DNA of 64,000 bases, from the NCBI GenBank assembly GCA_963700055.1, contig CAVOWH010000021.1, positions 408 through 64,407 of the forward strand, in the 5' to 3' direction. The notes beneath the pieces were generated by a model. That model saw only the letters and a program-made list of their open reading frames with translations, was not told the origin of the DNA and ran no database searches. Numbering within the stretch: position 1 is the first letter of the stretch; each line of letters begins with the position of its first letter. The DNA comes from an uncultured delta proteobacterium. GTDB taxonomy: Bacteria > Desulfobacterota > Desulfobacteria > Desulfobacterales > SpSt-501. The position numbers and the translations under genes are program-made. This document shows positions 8,617-18,423 of the stretch, one piece after another.

Positions 8617-11600
8617 ATGCACCCAACGATCGATGAGCGCATCGTGGAAGCGGCCGTCTCTCAGGCTAAAAACTGGCAGGATCGGGCCAACGCCTTGCTG
8701 CAGCCGGAGGAAAAACGCCGCTACCGTCAGCTGGCGCGGCTGGTGGCCAACGCCGACGACAAGGTCCTCCTCACCGCCCTCATCGACCAGTGCTTCCGGT
8801 CCCGGGATGAACGCCGGGTGGCGGACCAGATGTGCCACCTACTGGCGGTCCACGGCATCCCGCGCTTTTTCTCCTTTTCCGAAAAGGTACTGATCCATCT
8901 GTTCATGCGCGCCGGCCGTTTCCTGCCGGACCGCACCGTTCCCCGCATCATCGCCAAAATGCGCGCCGACAGCCGCCATGCCATCATCTCCGGGGAGCAT
9001 GGGGCGCTTGGCGCCTACCTGGAACAACGGCGGGCGGAAGGCATGCGGGTCAGCGTGAATCACCTGGGCGAGGAAGTCCTCGGCGAGCAGGAGGCCCTCG
9101 CGCACATGGACACCTATCTCGCCGACCTGCGCGACCCGCGCATCGAAAGCATCGCCGTCAAGATCTCCACCGTCTGCGCCCAGATCCATCCCCTGCCCTT
9201 TGCGCAAATGGTCGACCGCATATCGGAGCGCCTGTCCATTCTCTACCGTGAAGCCGCGGCCCAGTCTTACACCCGGCCGGACGGCACCCGCGTCCCCAAA
9301 TCCGTCACCCTGGACATGGAGGCCTACCGGGACCTAGCGCTCACGGCGTCCGCCTTCACGCACGCCCTGGACCAGCCGGAGTTCCGAAACTTCTTCGCCG
9401 GCATGGCGCTGCAGGCCTATCTGCCCGACTCTTTCGGCATCCTTCAGGAGATCACCGCCTGGGCCCGCCGACGCGTGGATGCCGGCCACAGCCCGGTCAA
9501 GGTGCGCATCGTCAAGGGCGCCAACATGGAGATGGAGCTCATCGAGTCTTCGCTCAGCGGCTGGCCGCTCGCCCCCTACGACAACAAGCTCGACGTGGAC
9601 GCCAACTGGAAGCGCATGGTCGCCTTCGGCCTCGAGCCGGACCACATCCGCGCCGTGCGCCTCGGCGTGGCTTCGCACAACCTGTTCGACGTCGCCTTTG
9701 CATACCAGCTGGCCCGCCGCAACCAGGTGACGGAATTCTTCACTTTCGAAATGATCGAGGGCATGGCCAACCACGTGCGCCGCGCCGTGCGCGAAACCGG
9801 ACTGGACCTGCTGGCCTATGCGCCGGTGGCCGAAGACCGGCATTTCATCAACGCCGTCGCCTACCTCATCCGCCGCCTGGACGAAAACACCGGGCACCGG
9901 AACTTTCTGCGCCACCTGAACCGGCTGCAGACCGGAACCGCCCCCTGGCAGATGCTGGCGGATCATTTCAGGGCTTCGGAGCGGCGCATTCTAACCGTCG
10001 GCTCACACCCCCACCGCACCCAGGATCGCCTGGCGGAGAACTTCCCCAAAGAGCGCGGCACCTATTACGAGGGCGAGTTCCGCAACGAGCCGGACACGGA
10101 CTGGTCGTTGGCTCCCAACCGCGCCTGGGCCGAGGCCATTCGCCGGCGCTGGATGAAGGCGCCAGGAGACGCACCCATCGACGTGCCGCTGGCGGCCGCC
10201 GGCAAGGAGATTGCGGCAGGCCGCAAAGTGTGCAAGTCCTGCGACCCCAACCAGCTCCCGACGGAGGTGGTCGTGGCGCGCTGCGCGCTGGCCAAAGCCG
10301 ACGACGTCAAGCGTGCCGTCGCCGCCGCCAAGGAAGACCCTGACGGCTGGCGCAAAACGACTCCCCGCCGCCGCCACCGCATCCTGTCGGCAGCTGCCAA
10401 CGAGATCCGCAAGGCACGCGGGGACCTGATCGGAGCGGCGGCCGCCACCACCGGCAAGATTTTCACCGAGGCCGACCCGGAGGTGTCCGAGGCCGTAGAC
10501 TTCGTCGAGTTATACCCGCACGCCGCCCGGTCCTATTTCGACATGCACACCCTCCGCTGCCGGGGAAAAGGCGTCGGGGTGGTGGTCTCGCCCTGGAACT
10601 TCCCCATCGCCATCCCCTGCGGCGGCATCACGGCGGCATTGGCCGCCGGCAACACCGTGATCTTCAAGCCGTCGTCAGACGCGATCCTGGTCGGCTGGCT
10701 GCTCTGTCGATGCTTCTGGCGGGCAGGGATCTCTCGAAACGTTCTGCAGTTCCTGCCCTGCGAGGGCGGCAGCACCGGCGCACGGCTCACGGGCCACCTG
10801 GACGTCGATTTCATCATCCTGACCGGCGGCACCGACACCGGGCTGAGGATTCTGAAGGAGCGGCCGGATGCCCTGCTGGCCGCTGAAACCGGCGGGAAAA
10901 ACGCAACGATCGTCACCGCCATGTCCGACCGCGAGCAGGCCGTCGGCAACGCCCTCTATTCGGCCTTCGGCAACTCCGGGCAAAAATGCTCGGCCACCTC
11001 CCTGCTGATTCTGGAACGGGAAGTCTACGACGACGACAAGTTCAAGCGGCAACTGACGGATGCCGCCGCGACCTTCAAGACCGGTTCGGCCTGGGACTTC
11101 ACCAGCCGGATGGGCCCGCTCGTAAGGCCGCCCGCCAGCCCGTTGCGCGAAGCCCTGACCAGCCTTGAGCCCGGGGAGTCCTGGGCGCTGGAGCCGCGGA
11201 TACTCGCCGACAACGCGCAGCTGTGGACACCGGGGATCAAGTGGGGCGTGAGGCCAGGAAGCACGACGCACCTGACCGAGTTCTTCGGCCCTGTCCTGGG
11301 CGTCATGCGGGCCGAGAGCCTGGAGCAGGCCATCGCATTGACCAACCAGACCGGCTACGGCCTTACCTCCGGCCTGGAGAGCCTCGACCGCCGCGAGCAG
11401 GCCCTCTGGAAGGAGCACGCCAAGGCCGGCAACCTCTACGTGAACCGCGGCACCACCGGGGCCGTCGTTTTGCGGCAGCCCTTCGGCGGCATGGGCAAAT
11501 CCGCCCTGGGTGCGGGCATCAAGGCCGGCGGCCCGCATTACGTGACCCAGTTTTTCGAGGCCGATGAACTCGGCCCGCCGCAGTCGGGGCCGCATGGGGC

Positions 11601-12231
11601 AGGCCACCCCCTGCTGCACCTGGCCCAACGCTGGCAGCTCCGGCTGGACTGGCGGAAGTTCGGCAACGACACCGCCGACATCCGCAAGACGGTCCTCGCC
11701 ATCCGGAGCTATCTCTTTCGCGTCGAAGGCGAGTTCTCGCGCGAGCTGGACTTCTTCCACCTGCGCGGCCAGGACAACGTGCTCCGCCATCTCCCGGTCG
11801 GGACCGTGGCCGTGCGCCTGCACCCGCAGGACGGCCTGTTCGAAACCTTGGCCCGCATCGCCGCCGTCCAAGCCACCGGCAACCGCCTGCGGGTCAGCAT
11901 CCCCAAGGGCCTGGACACGCCGGCGACACGGTTCCTCTACGGTGCCGAGGGACGCCGCCTCACCGGCAGGGAGCCCGTGTTCCAGGAGACCGACCAAGAC
12001 CTCATCGCCCTTATCCCCAAGATCGACCGCATCCGCTATGCTGCGCCGGACCGGGTCCCGAAAGAGGTCTTCGCCGCCGCCGCCGAAACCGGCTTCTACA
12101 TCGCGCGCACGCCGGTCCGGATGGAAGGCCGCATCGAGCTCCTGCACTACTACCGCCAGCAGAGCGTGTGCACGAACTACCACCGCTACGGCAACTTGGG
12201 CTTCCGGGCAGGCGAATTTGACGAAGGCTGA
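8617..12231 (+). CDS. putA: Bifunctional proline dehydrogenase / 1-pyrroline-5-carboxylate dehydrogenase (PutA type without an obvious DNA-binding domain)
   Basis: Intact 1204-aa ORF. The PRODH-like region contains VSVNHLGEEVLGEQEA. ALDH motifs include VVSPWNFPIAIPCGGITAALAAGNTVIFKPS, ETGGKNATIV and FGNSGQKCSATS. Confidence 0.85.
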   Translation: MHPTIDERIVEAAVSQAKNWQDRANALLQPEEKRRYRQLARLVANADDKVLLTALIDQCFRSRDERRVADQMCHLLAVHGIPRFFSFSEKVLIHLFMRAGRFLPDRTVPRIIAKMRADSRHAIISGEHGALGAYLEQRRAEGMRVSVNHLGEEVLGEQEALAHMDTYLADLRDPRIESIAVKISTVCAQIHPLPFAQMVDRISERLSILYREAAAQSYTRPDGTRVPKSVTLDMEAYRDLALTASAFTHALDQPEFRNFFAGMALQAYLPDSFGILQEITAWARRRVDAGHSPVKVRIVKGANMEMELIESSLSGWPLAPYDNKLDVDANWKRMVAFGLEPDHIRAVRLGVASHNLFDVAFAYQLARRNQVTEFFTFEMIEGMANHVRRAVRETGLDLLAYAPVAEDRHFINAVAYLIRRLDENTGHRNFLRHLNRLQTGTAPWQMLADHFRASERRILTVGSHPHRTQDRLAENFPKERGTYYEGEFRNEPDTDWSLAPNRAWAEAIRRRWMKAPGDAPIDVPLAAAGKEIAAGRKVCKSCDPNQLPTEVVVARCALAKADDVKRAVAAAKEDPDGWRKTTPRRRHRILSAAANEIRKARGDLIGAAAATTGKIFTEADPEVSEAVDFVELYPHAARSYFDMHTLRCRGKGVGVVVSPWNFPIAIPCGGITAALAAGNTVIFKPSSDAILVGWLLCRCFWRAGISRNVLQFLPCEGGSTGARLTGHLDVDFIILTGGTDTGLRILKERPDALLAAETGGKNATIVTAMSDREQAVGNALYSAFGNSGQKCSATSLLILEREVYDDDKFKRQLTDAAATFKTGSAWDFTSRMGPLVRPPASPLREALTSLEPGESWALEPRILADNAQLWTPGIKWGVRPGSTTHLTEFFGPVLGVMRAESLEQAIALTNQTGYGLTSGLESLDRREQALWKEHAKAGNLYVNRGTTGAVVLRQPFGGMGKSALGAGIKAGGPHYVTQFFEADELGPPQSGPHGAGHPLLHLAQRWQLRLDWRKFGNDTADIRKTVLAIRSYLFRVEGEFSRELDFFHLRGQDNVLRHLPVGTVAVRLHPQDGLFETLARIAAVQATGNRLRVSIPKGLDTPATRFLYGAEGRRLTGREPVFQETDQDLIALIPKIDRIRYAAPDRVPKEVFAAAAETGFYIARTPVRMEGRIELLHYYRQQSVCTNYHRYGNLGFRAGEFDEG

Positions 12232-12410
12232 CGGGGGCATCCTGGCATTTTAAAAAGCGGCGACGGACCAAACCCTATCCGCTGGGCGATACCAAATGGC
12301 TTTCTGAGTTGACTCCCGCGGCCGAGCGAGTGTAATCTCAATCTGAGTGTCCTTGCAAGGTCTGTAGAATAAAAATCGGTTCAACCCTGCAGCGCAACGA
12401 TCCTCCGGCC

Positions 12411-13898
12411 ATGACGCTCAAATCGATGATACCGGTCATGCTGGCGCTCATGCTGGCACTGCTGGCGGGCGGCGCGGCGGCCGCCGATGGTGTCCGCCCG
12501 CCGGTGCGGGCCGGCAGCTTTTACCCCTCGGATCCCCGCGAGCTCAGCGAGCTGATTGACCGGCTCGGCCAGAGCGCCCGCAGCGTGCCGCAGGACCTCC
12601 CGGAAAGGCAGTCCCTGCGCGCGCTCATCCTGCCCCACGCCGGCTACCCGTATTCCGGTCCGACGGCGGCGCATGCCGCCCGCGTGCTTTCGGAGTATCA
12701 GTTCAAGACGGTGCTGCTGATGGGACCGGACCACTTCGTGGGCTTCCGCAGCGCCGCCGTTCCCACCGTTCAGGCGTTTCAGACGCCCCTTGGCAGGATC
12801 TCGGTGCACCCCGCCGCCGCCGACCTTCTGAAACAGCCGGAACTCTTCGCGCCCCTGCCGCCGGCCGACGACCGCGAGCATTCTCTGGAAGTCGTGCTGC
12901 CGTTTCTGCAGGCCTATCTCAAGTCCTTCCAGCTGGTTCCGGTGGTGGTCGGGCGTGCGGAGGCCGAGCGGATCTGCGCCGCCCTCCTGCCCCTGATCGA
13001 TCAGCAGACCCTCGTGGTGGTGAGCTCGGACCTGTCGCACTTCCTGCCCTATGCCGAGGCGCAGGCCAGAGACCGCCGGACCATCGAGGCGATCCTGGCG
13101 CGCGACCGCCGGGCGCTGCTTCAAGACGCCCAATCGGCCTGCGGCGCGCACCCGCTGGCGATCCTGCTGACCATGGCCGAGCGCTTCGGCTGGCGCCCGG
13201 TGCTGCTCAACTATCTCAACAGCGGCGACACCGCCGGCGACCGGTCCCGGGTGGTGGGGTACGCCGCCATCGCCTTTTTTGGGGAACCGCCCATGCCTGC
13301 CACGAATGAACCGAGTGAACTATTGGCGCCGGAAAAGGGCCAGGTGCTGGTAAAGCTTGCGCGCAGCACGCTGATGGAGAAATTCGGCCTGCCGCTGACG
13401 CCGGCCGAAGCCGAGCGGATGCGATCGGCGCTGAGCGACGCCTCGCTGCAGGCCCGCTGCGGCACGTTCGTAACGCTCAAACACCAGGGACGGCTGAGGG
13501 GCTGCATCGGCAACCTTTCCGCGTCCGATCCCCTGGCCGAGGGCGTCCGCCGTAATGCCATCAACGCGGCCTTCCACGACCCGCGGTTCTCGCCGCTCCA
13601 GGAAAAAGAGCTCGAGCAGATCGAGATCGAAGTCAGCGTGCTCACCGAGCCCCGGCCGCTGGCGTTCCGCGACCCGGAGGACCTGTTGCGCAAGCTGCGG
13701 CCGAACGTCGACGGGGTCATCATCCGCCAAGGTTACGCCAGCGCGACCTTCCTGCCCCAGGTCTGGGAGCAGCTCTTGAAAAAAGAGGATTTTCTGGGCC
13801 ACCTCTGCCTCAAAGCCGGGCTGCCCCGGGACGCATGGAAACATGGCAAACTCGAGGTGTCGACCTATCAGGTCCAGTACTTTGAAGAAGCCAAATGA
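12411..13898 (+). CDS. Fused AmmeMemoRadiSam system protein B (MEMO1-like) and protein A (AMMECR1-like), with N-terminal signal peptide
   Basis: N-terminus MTLKSMIPVMLALMLALLAGGAAAADG. Memo-type motifs ILPHAGYPYSGPTAAHA and VSSDLSHF. AMMECR1 motif CGTFVTLKHQGRLRGCIGN, followed by FHDPRFSPL. Confidence 0.8.
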   Translation: MTLKSMIPVMLALMLALLAGGAAAADGVRPPVRAGSFYPSDPRELSELIDRLGQSARSVPQDLPERQSLRALILPHAGYPYSGPTAAHAARVLSEYQFKTVLLMGPDHFVGFRSAAVPTVQAFQTPLGRISVHPAAADLLKQPELFAPLPPADDREHSLEVVLPFLQAYLKSFQLVPVVVGRAEAERICAALLPLIDQQTLVVVSSDLSHFLPYAEAQARDRRTIEAILARDRRALLQDAQSACGAHPLAILLTMAERFGWRPVLLNYLNSGDTAGDRSRVVGYAAIAFFGEPPMPATNEPSELLAPEKGQVLVKLARSTLMEKFGLPLTPAEAERMRSALSDASLQARCGTFVTLKHQGRLRGCIGNLSASDPLAEGVRRNAINAAFHDPRFSPLQEKELEQIEIEVSVLTEPRPLAFRDPEDLLRKLRPNVDGVIIRQGYASATFLPQVWEQLLKKEDFLGHLCLKAGLPRDAWKHGKLEVSTYQVQYFEEAK

Positions 13899-16005
13899 AA
13901 GGCGCCTCGTCGCCGTCGTCATCACAACGGGAATCGCCTCGGTCGTCACGCAGCTGGTTCTCATCCGCGAGTTCCTGAGCCAATTTCAAGGCAACGAGAT
14001 CGTCATCGCCCTGATCCTCTTCAGCTGGCTGGTGCTGGGCGGACTGGGGACGCTGCTGGCGCGGCCGGCGGCCGGCAGCCGGCTCGCCACACGCCAGGCC
14101 CTCGGCTGGCTTTCGCTCGCGTTGGTGCTCATTTCGACCCCCACCCTGCTCGGCGCCCGCCTGCTGCGGGACCTCGTCTTCACCCACGGCGCCTCCGTGG
14201 GCTTTTATCCCACGTTCGCCTACATCGCGGCCGTCGCGGCGCCCTACGCCCTGCTCATCGGATTTCTGCTGCCGCTCGGTCTCTTTGTGCTGAGGTCTCA
14301 AGTCCCGGATTACCCCGGCGCCCTGGTCTACGTTTGGGACAACATCGGCGACATCGGCGGCGGCGCCCTGTTTTCTTTCCTCATCGTTTTTTGGCTGACC
14401 CCCGTTCAGGCGGTCGTTGCCGCCCACCTGCCCCTGCTGGCGGCCGTTCTTTTCCTGCAGGGAACGGGCCGCCGGCCGGCGGCGGCCCGAATGCTGGCCG
14501 CCGCGGCGGTGCTTCTGACGCTGCTCGCCGCCCTGGCGGCGGAGAAGGCCACCCTAACGCCGTCCCGGGGCGAACTCGCCCACTACCGGGAAACTCGCTA
14601 CGGCCGCATCACGGTGGTCAGGCAGCAGGAGCTGGTCACGCTGTTCCAGGACGGCTCCCCCTTGTTGAGCAGCCAGGATGAGGCCTTGGCGGAGGAAATG
14701 GTGCACTTCCCGCTGGCCCAACTCGACGCGCCCAAGCGCATCCTGCTGATATCGGCGGCGGCCGGGGTGATGGAAGAGCTGGAAAAATACGACCTGGAGT
14801 CCATCGACTACGTCGAGCTCGACCCGGATCTCGCGGAGGTCCTCTTTGACTTCAACCTCCTGAAACCCATCCAACCGCTGCGCCGGATCCACGCCGACGG
14901 GCGCGCCTATCTGGCCGGGGCGCTGCCCGGCTACGACGCCATCCTGGTCAACCTCAACGATCCGCAGACCTACCAAACCAACCGCTTCTTCACCGATCGG
15001 TTCTTTTCCCTGGCGCGCGCGCGGCTGTCCGAACAGGGGGTGCTCGGCTTCTCGATGGGAGGTTTCGACAACTACCTCGCGGAACCGCAACGCCGCAAGC
15101 TCTCCTCCGTTTACCATACCGCCCGGCAGTATTTTCCGCACGTCCTGCTGCTGCCGGGCGCGCGCGTGTTCTTCATCTGCAGCAACCGCCCCCTTCAGGC
15201 CGGTATCCCCGATATGCTGAGGCGCAAAGGCATTGCAACCCTTTACATCAGCGCTTACTTTGACGGCAATGTCACGCCGGAGCGGATTTCATACCTGCGC
15301 GGCCAGATGGACCCGGCGGCGCCGGCCAACGCCGAGCTGGCCCCCTACGTGATGCGCGCCGTTTTCTCGGAGTGGTTCGCGAAGTTTCACTCATCGCCGC
15401 TGTGGTTCATGGGCGCCCTCGCCGCGGCGCTGGCGCTCTATTTGCGGCGCACGAGCCGCGTGGAGTTCATCCTGTTCAGCACCGGATGGATGACCATGGG
15501 CAGCGAGATCCTGGTCATTTTTGCGTTTCAGATTTTTTTTGGGTATATTTATTTCCAGATCGGCATCATCGTGACGGTCTTCCTGGCCGGTCTTCTCCCC
15601 GGGGCGCTCTGGGGGCGCCGGCTCGCCGCGCGGGGCCGGGCCGTTCTGATTCTGTCGGATGTCGCGCTCATCGCCCTCCTGGGTGCCACCTTGGCCGCCG
15701 TGCATGCGGGCGACCGCCTGGGGCAGGCGTTTTACCTCTTCCTCGGTTTCACGGTTTCCTTCGCCTGCGGCCTGCAGGTTCCGGCGGCATTGCGGTTGAG
15801 AGGGGACAGCGGCCGGGCGGTCACGGCGGTTTTTTCAGCGGACCTGATCGGAGCGGCCTTGGGGACGCTGGTGACGAGCACGATTCTCATCCCCTATCTG
15901 GGGATCACGGGGGCGATCGGCGCGCTGCTGGGCTTGAAAGTGCTGAGCCTCCTCATAGCGGGTACCCTGCATGAAGACCCTGTCGCGAAGACAGTTCCTG
16001 GTTGA
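13843..16005 (+). CDS. Polytopic membrane protein with central spermidine-synthase-like (SpeE-fold) domain
   Basis: TM-rich N- and C-terminal thirds. The central domain has YRETRYGRITVVRQQELVTLFQDG and ILLISAAAGVMEELEKYDLESIDYVELDPDL (the Gly-rich loop is degenerate). A more likely start is TTG 13882 (MKKPNERRLVAVVI), which reduces the overlap with the upstream gene. Confidence 0.7.
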   Translation: MANSRCRPIRSSTLKKPNERRLVAVVITTGIASVVTQLVLIREFLSQFQGNEIVIALILFSWLVLGGLGTLLARPAAGSRLATRQALGWLSLALVLISTPTLLGARLLRDLVFTHGASVGFYPTFAYIAAVAAPYALLIGFLLPLGLFVLRSQVPDYPGALVYVWDNIGDIGGGALFSFLIVFWLTPVQAVVAAHLPLLAAVLFLQGTGRRPAAARMLAAAAVLLTLLAALAAEKATLTPSRGELAHYRETRYGRITVVRQQELVTLFQDGSPLLSSQDEALAEEMVHFPLAQLDAPKRILLISAAAGVMEELEKYDLESIDYVELDPDLAEVLFDFNLLKPIQPLRRIHADGRAYLAGALPGYDAILVNLNDPQTYQTNRFFTDRFFSLARARLSEQGVLGFSMGGFDNYLAEPQRRKLSSVYHTARQYFPHVLLLPGARVFFICSNRPLQAGIPDMLRRKGIATLYISAYFDGNVTPERISYLRGQMDPAAPANAELAPYVMRAVFSEWFAKFHSSPLWFMGALAAALALYLRRTSRVEFILFSTGWMTMGSEILVIFAFQIFFGYIYFQIGIIVTVFLAGLLPGALWGRRLAARGRAVLILSDVALIALLGATLAAVHAGDRLGQAFYLFLGFTVSFACGLQVPAALRLRGDSGRAVTAVFSADLIGAALGTLVTSTILIPYLGITGAIGALLGLKVLSLLIAGTLHEDPVAKTVPG

Positions 16006-17152
16006 CGGCGCCTGCCTGGCCGCATCCTGCACGGCAGCGGCCGCCCTCGGACCTTTCACCGCCTGCGTTTCCAGGGCATGGGCTCAGGAAGACGTCAGCG
16101 GCACGGTCTTCAAAGGGGACGGCCCGAAACAGCCTTGGAAATGGTCCCGGGAGGGATACGCCTACCGGAGCCTGGGCGAAAAGCAGGTGACCTGCCTGAT
16201 CTGCCCCAATCACTGTGCGCTTTCCCCCGGTGACCGCAGTGTCTGCCGCTCCAAGGTCAACGTGGACGGCAAGCTCTACAGCCTGGCCTACGGCAACCCC
16301 TGCGCCGTGCACATCGACCCGATCGAGAAGAAGCCGCTCTACCATTTTGCCCCCCGCAGCAAGTCTTTCTCGCTCGCCGCCGCCGGCTGCAACTTCCGCT
16401 GCCTGAACTGCCAGAACTGGGAGATCTCCCAGGCCAAGCCCCACGAGGTGCAGCACCGCGAGCTCTTCCCGGCCGAGGCGGCCGCCGCCGCAAAGCAGGC
16501 CGGCTGCCATTCCATCGCCTACACCTACTCCGAGCCGGTCACCTTCTACGAATACATGCTGGACACGGCCCGGGCCGCGCGCGAGGCCGGCCTGCGCAAC
16601 GTCCTGATCTCGAACGGCTACATCAACCGCGGGCCGCTGATCGACCTCTGCCGGGTGCTCGACGCCGCCAACATCAACCTCAAGGCCTACAGCGACGCGA
16701 TCTACCGCAAACTGAACGGCGGCCGGCTCGAACCGGTGCTTTCCACGTTGAAGACCCTGCACGACCAGGGGGTCCATCTCGAAATCACCAACCTCGTCGT
16801 GCCCACCTATGTGGACGACGAGGACCTGGTGCGACGCATGTGCGCCTGGATTCTGAAGGAAGTCGGCCCGAACCACCCCCTGCACTTCCTGCGGTTTCAC
16901 CCCCTCTACAAGCTGGACCGCCTGCCGCCGACGCCCGTGTCCACCCTGGTACGGTTCCGGGAGATAGCGCTGGCGGAAGGCATCCGCTACGCCTACGTCG
17001 GCAACGTCCCCAACCATGAGGGCAACCACACCTATTGCCATAACTGCCGCACGCTGGTGGTCGCCCGCGCCGGCTATTTCATCCGCGAGGTCCACCTGAA
17101 CAGCCACCGCTGCGCAACCTGCGGCACACCCATACCGGGTGTTTGGGCATAG
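15971..17152 (+). CDS. AmmeMemoRadiSam system radical SAM enzyme with twin-arginine (Tat) signal
   Basis: MKTLSRRQFLVDGACLAASCTAAAALGPFTACVSRAWA-QE fits a Tat motif with an AxA cleavage site. Radical SAM CNFRCLNCQNW. Also N-terminal CLICPNHC...CRSK and C-terminal CHNC...CATC Cys clusters. Confidence 0.8.
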   Translation: MKTLSRRQFLVDGACLAASCTAAAALGPFTACVSRAWAQEDVSGTVFKGDGPKQPWKWSREGYAYRSLGEKQVTCLICPNHCALSPGDRSVCRSKVNVDGKLYSLAYGNPCAVHIDPIEKKPLYHFAPRSKSFSLAAAGCNFRCLNCQNWEISQAKPHEVQHRELFPAEAAAAAKQAGCHSIAYTYSEPVTFYEYMLDTARAAREAGLRNVLISNGYINRGPLIDLCRVLDAANINLKAYSDAIYRKLNGGRLEPVLSTLKTLHDQGVHLEITNLVVPTYVDDEDLVRRMCAWILKEVGPNHPLHFLRFHPLYKLDRLPPTPVSTLVRFREIALAEGIRYAYVGNVPNHEGNHTYCHNCRTLVVARAGYFIREVHLNSHRCATCGTPIPGVWA

Positions 17153-17388
17153 ACGGCAGAGAGAAAAACATGAATAATCCGCTGTGGGCCCAGCCTCACG
17201 GAAGGAGATCGTCGCTCCTCGTCCGAATGAGGGCGCCGATGCCCTCGAAAAAGTCTCTGCACGGCATCCAGACTGGCTGACTCCGTAAAAGGATGATCGG
17301 TAGCTATCAATCGTTTTAGGCTTCTTGCCATTCGAGGTGTCGGAGTATAATACTTCCATAGAATCGGGAATTTCAAAAAGATATTCGT

Positions 17389-17592
17389 TTGAAGGATATA
17401 GCATTTTTTAGAAACTTCAAAATCAATAACGAGCTTGGAGTGCTGACATGGGCAGACGAAATAGATGTTGCGCCTGAAACACTTTATGCTGAAACAACTG
17501 GTTCTCCGCTGCCCGACTGGATGAATCTCCAAGAAGCCACCACTTCGGCGAACATGTCGCGCTTCAGCCGATCTCGTGTAATCGACGGCTGA
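17389..17592 (+). pseudogene. Possible DUF2442-like small protein, C-terminal half only
   Basis: FFRNFKINNELGVLTWADEIDVAPETLY resembles the C-terminal half of DUF2442 proteins. Upstream in frame there are stops, so the N-terminal half is missing. Confidence 0.3.
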
Positions 17593-17719
17593 GCCTGCCA
17601 TTACGATCGGCCAGCACCGCATCCGGGTGAACGATCAGTTCCGTGTGTGCTTTCGGTGGACAGATGCAGGCGCTGAAGACGTCGAGAAGGCATGGCAATT
17701 GATCGACGCCGCGCTCTAA
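17582..17719 (+). pseudogene. HigB-type (killer protein) toxin fragment
   Basis: Frame 2 reads ...HRIRVNDQFRVCFRWTDAGAEDVE..., matching the conserved IRINDQWRICFRW...DVEI core of HigB/RelE-fold toxins. There is no start codon, and both the N-terminal half and the native C-terminus are absent. Confidence 0.45.
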
Positions 17720-17981
17720 CCCGCGCATGAACAAGGACGCACAGACAATGAAAGGCTGGAGATGAAATGAAACAGGCCAATCGCTGGAGTAGAAGCCTTT
17801 CGATCAGATGTGGCTAAGCCCTGCGCTGGTTCCGTCATTTAGGGCAGCATGGATAGACCGTAGAGCCAAACATGGCGGGAATGGCAGCGACCGAGATCAC
17901 GTGTGGATTGAGATGGATGTGTCGTGGGGCTATGGTAAGCAAATCACAACCAATCCCTCTGTGTCAGGATATTTTGATTTT

Positions 17982-18017
17982 ATCCGACATATCACCAAAC
18001 GGCAATTTCTGAGATAT
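17982..18017 (+). repeat. Copy C of the atccgacRtatcacc element
   Basis: atccgacatatcaccaaacggcaatttctgagatat aligns by eye at about 75 percent with 26877-26910. Confidence 0.5.
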
Positions 18018-18129
18018 TTTAACCCAATCTCATGCGATTATAGCCCTCAGAATCCTTCGAAGCCGCAATAAATCTGCACTTCCTTGAATCGATACCTTTC
18101 ATCTGCGGTGGCCTATATTCTGGAACCGC

Positions 18130-18423
18130 TTATGCCTGATAAGGCGTTTCTTAGGAACTGGGTGCGGTTGATCCAAGAAATTTATGAAGTGGATCCGCTG
18201 GTGTGCCCCAGGTCCGAGGGGGAAATGCGAGTGATTGTATTCATCGAAGATCAGGAGGTGATCCGCAAGATCCTCACCCATCTGGGGCTGTGGCTGACTA
18301 AGGCCCGGCCCCGGCCGGGTAGCCCACGCTCCCTCGGAACTGGTTGCTGCACCTTTCGATGACTGGCCGGCGCCCAGCGCCGACGATTACCTCATCGATC
18401 CGCTGTATCCCGACGAAGCGTAA
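18130..18423 (+). mobile_element. IS91-family (Y2 HUH-type) transposase, C-terminal remnant, frameshifted
   Basis: WVRLIQEIYEVDPLVCPRSEGEMRVIVFIEDQEVIRKILTHLGLW matches the conserved IS91-family C-terminus; the CPxCxGxM zinc motif has decayed to CPRSEGEM. The tail DDWPAPSADDYLIDPLYPDEA-stop reads in another frame. Confidence 0.6.

Noticed and set aside
10675-12240. 521-aa minus-strand ORF antisense to putA
   Set aside because: It lies entirely within the well-supported putA frame. Its translation is Ala/Gly/Arg/Pro-rich low-complexity sequence without motifs. It is a typical shadow ORF of GC-rich DNA.
12241-12262. Possible sigma54 promoter (TGGCATTTTAAAAAGC) upstream of the AmmeMemoRadiSam operon
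   Set aside because: The GG-to-GC spacing is off by one relative to the TGGCAC-N5-TTGC consensus, and the -12 element is AAGC rather than TTGC. This is too weak to call.
13843-16005. Calling the SpeE-like membrane protein a genuine spermidine synthase
   Set aside because: The Gly-rich dcSAM-binding loop is degenerate (ISAAAG) and its context is the AmmeMemoRadiSam operon. Only the fold-level assignment is kept.
17808-18071. 87-aa ORF (MWLSPALVPSFRAAWIDRRAKHGG...) and the other small ORFs in 17.7-18.1, 22.6-23.5 and 28.9-29.4 kb
   Set aside because: They have no RBS and no motifs, they overlap repeat copies or structured non-coding sequence, and their composition is atypical of the neighbouring genes. 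They are treated as non-coding debris.
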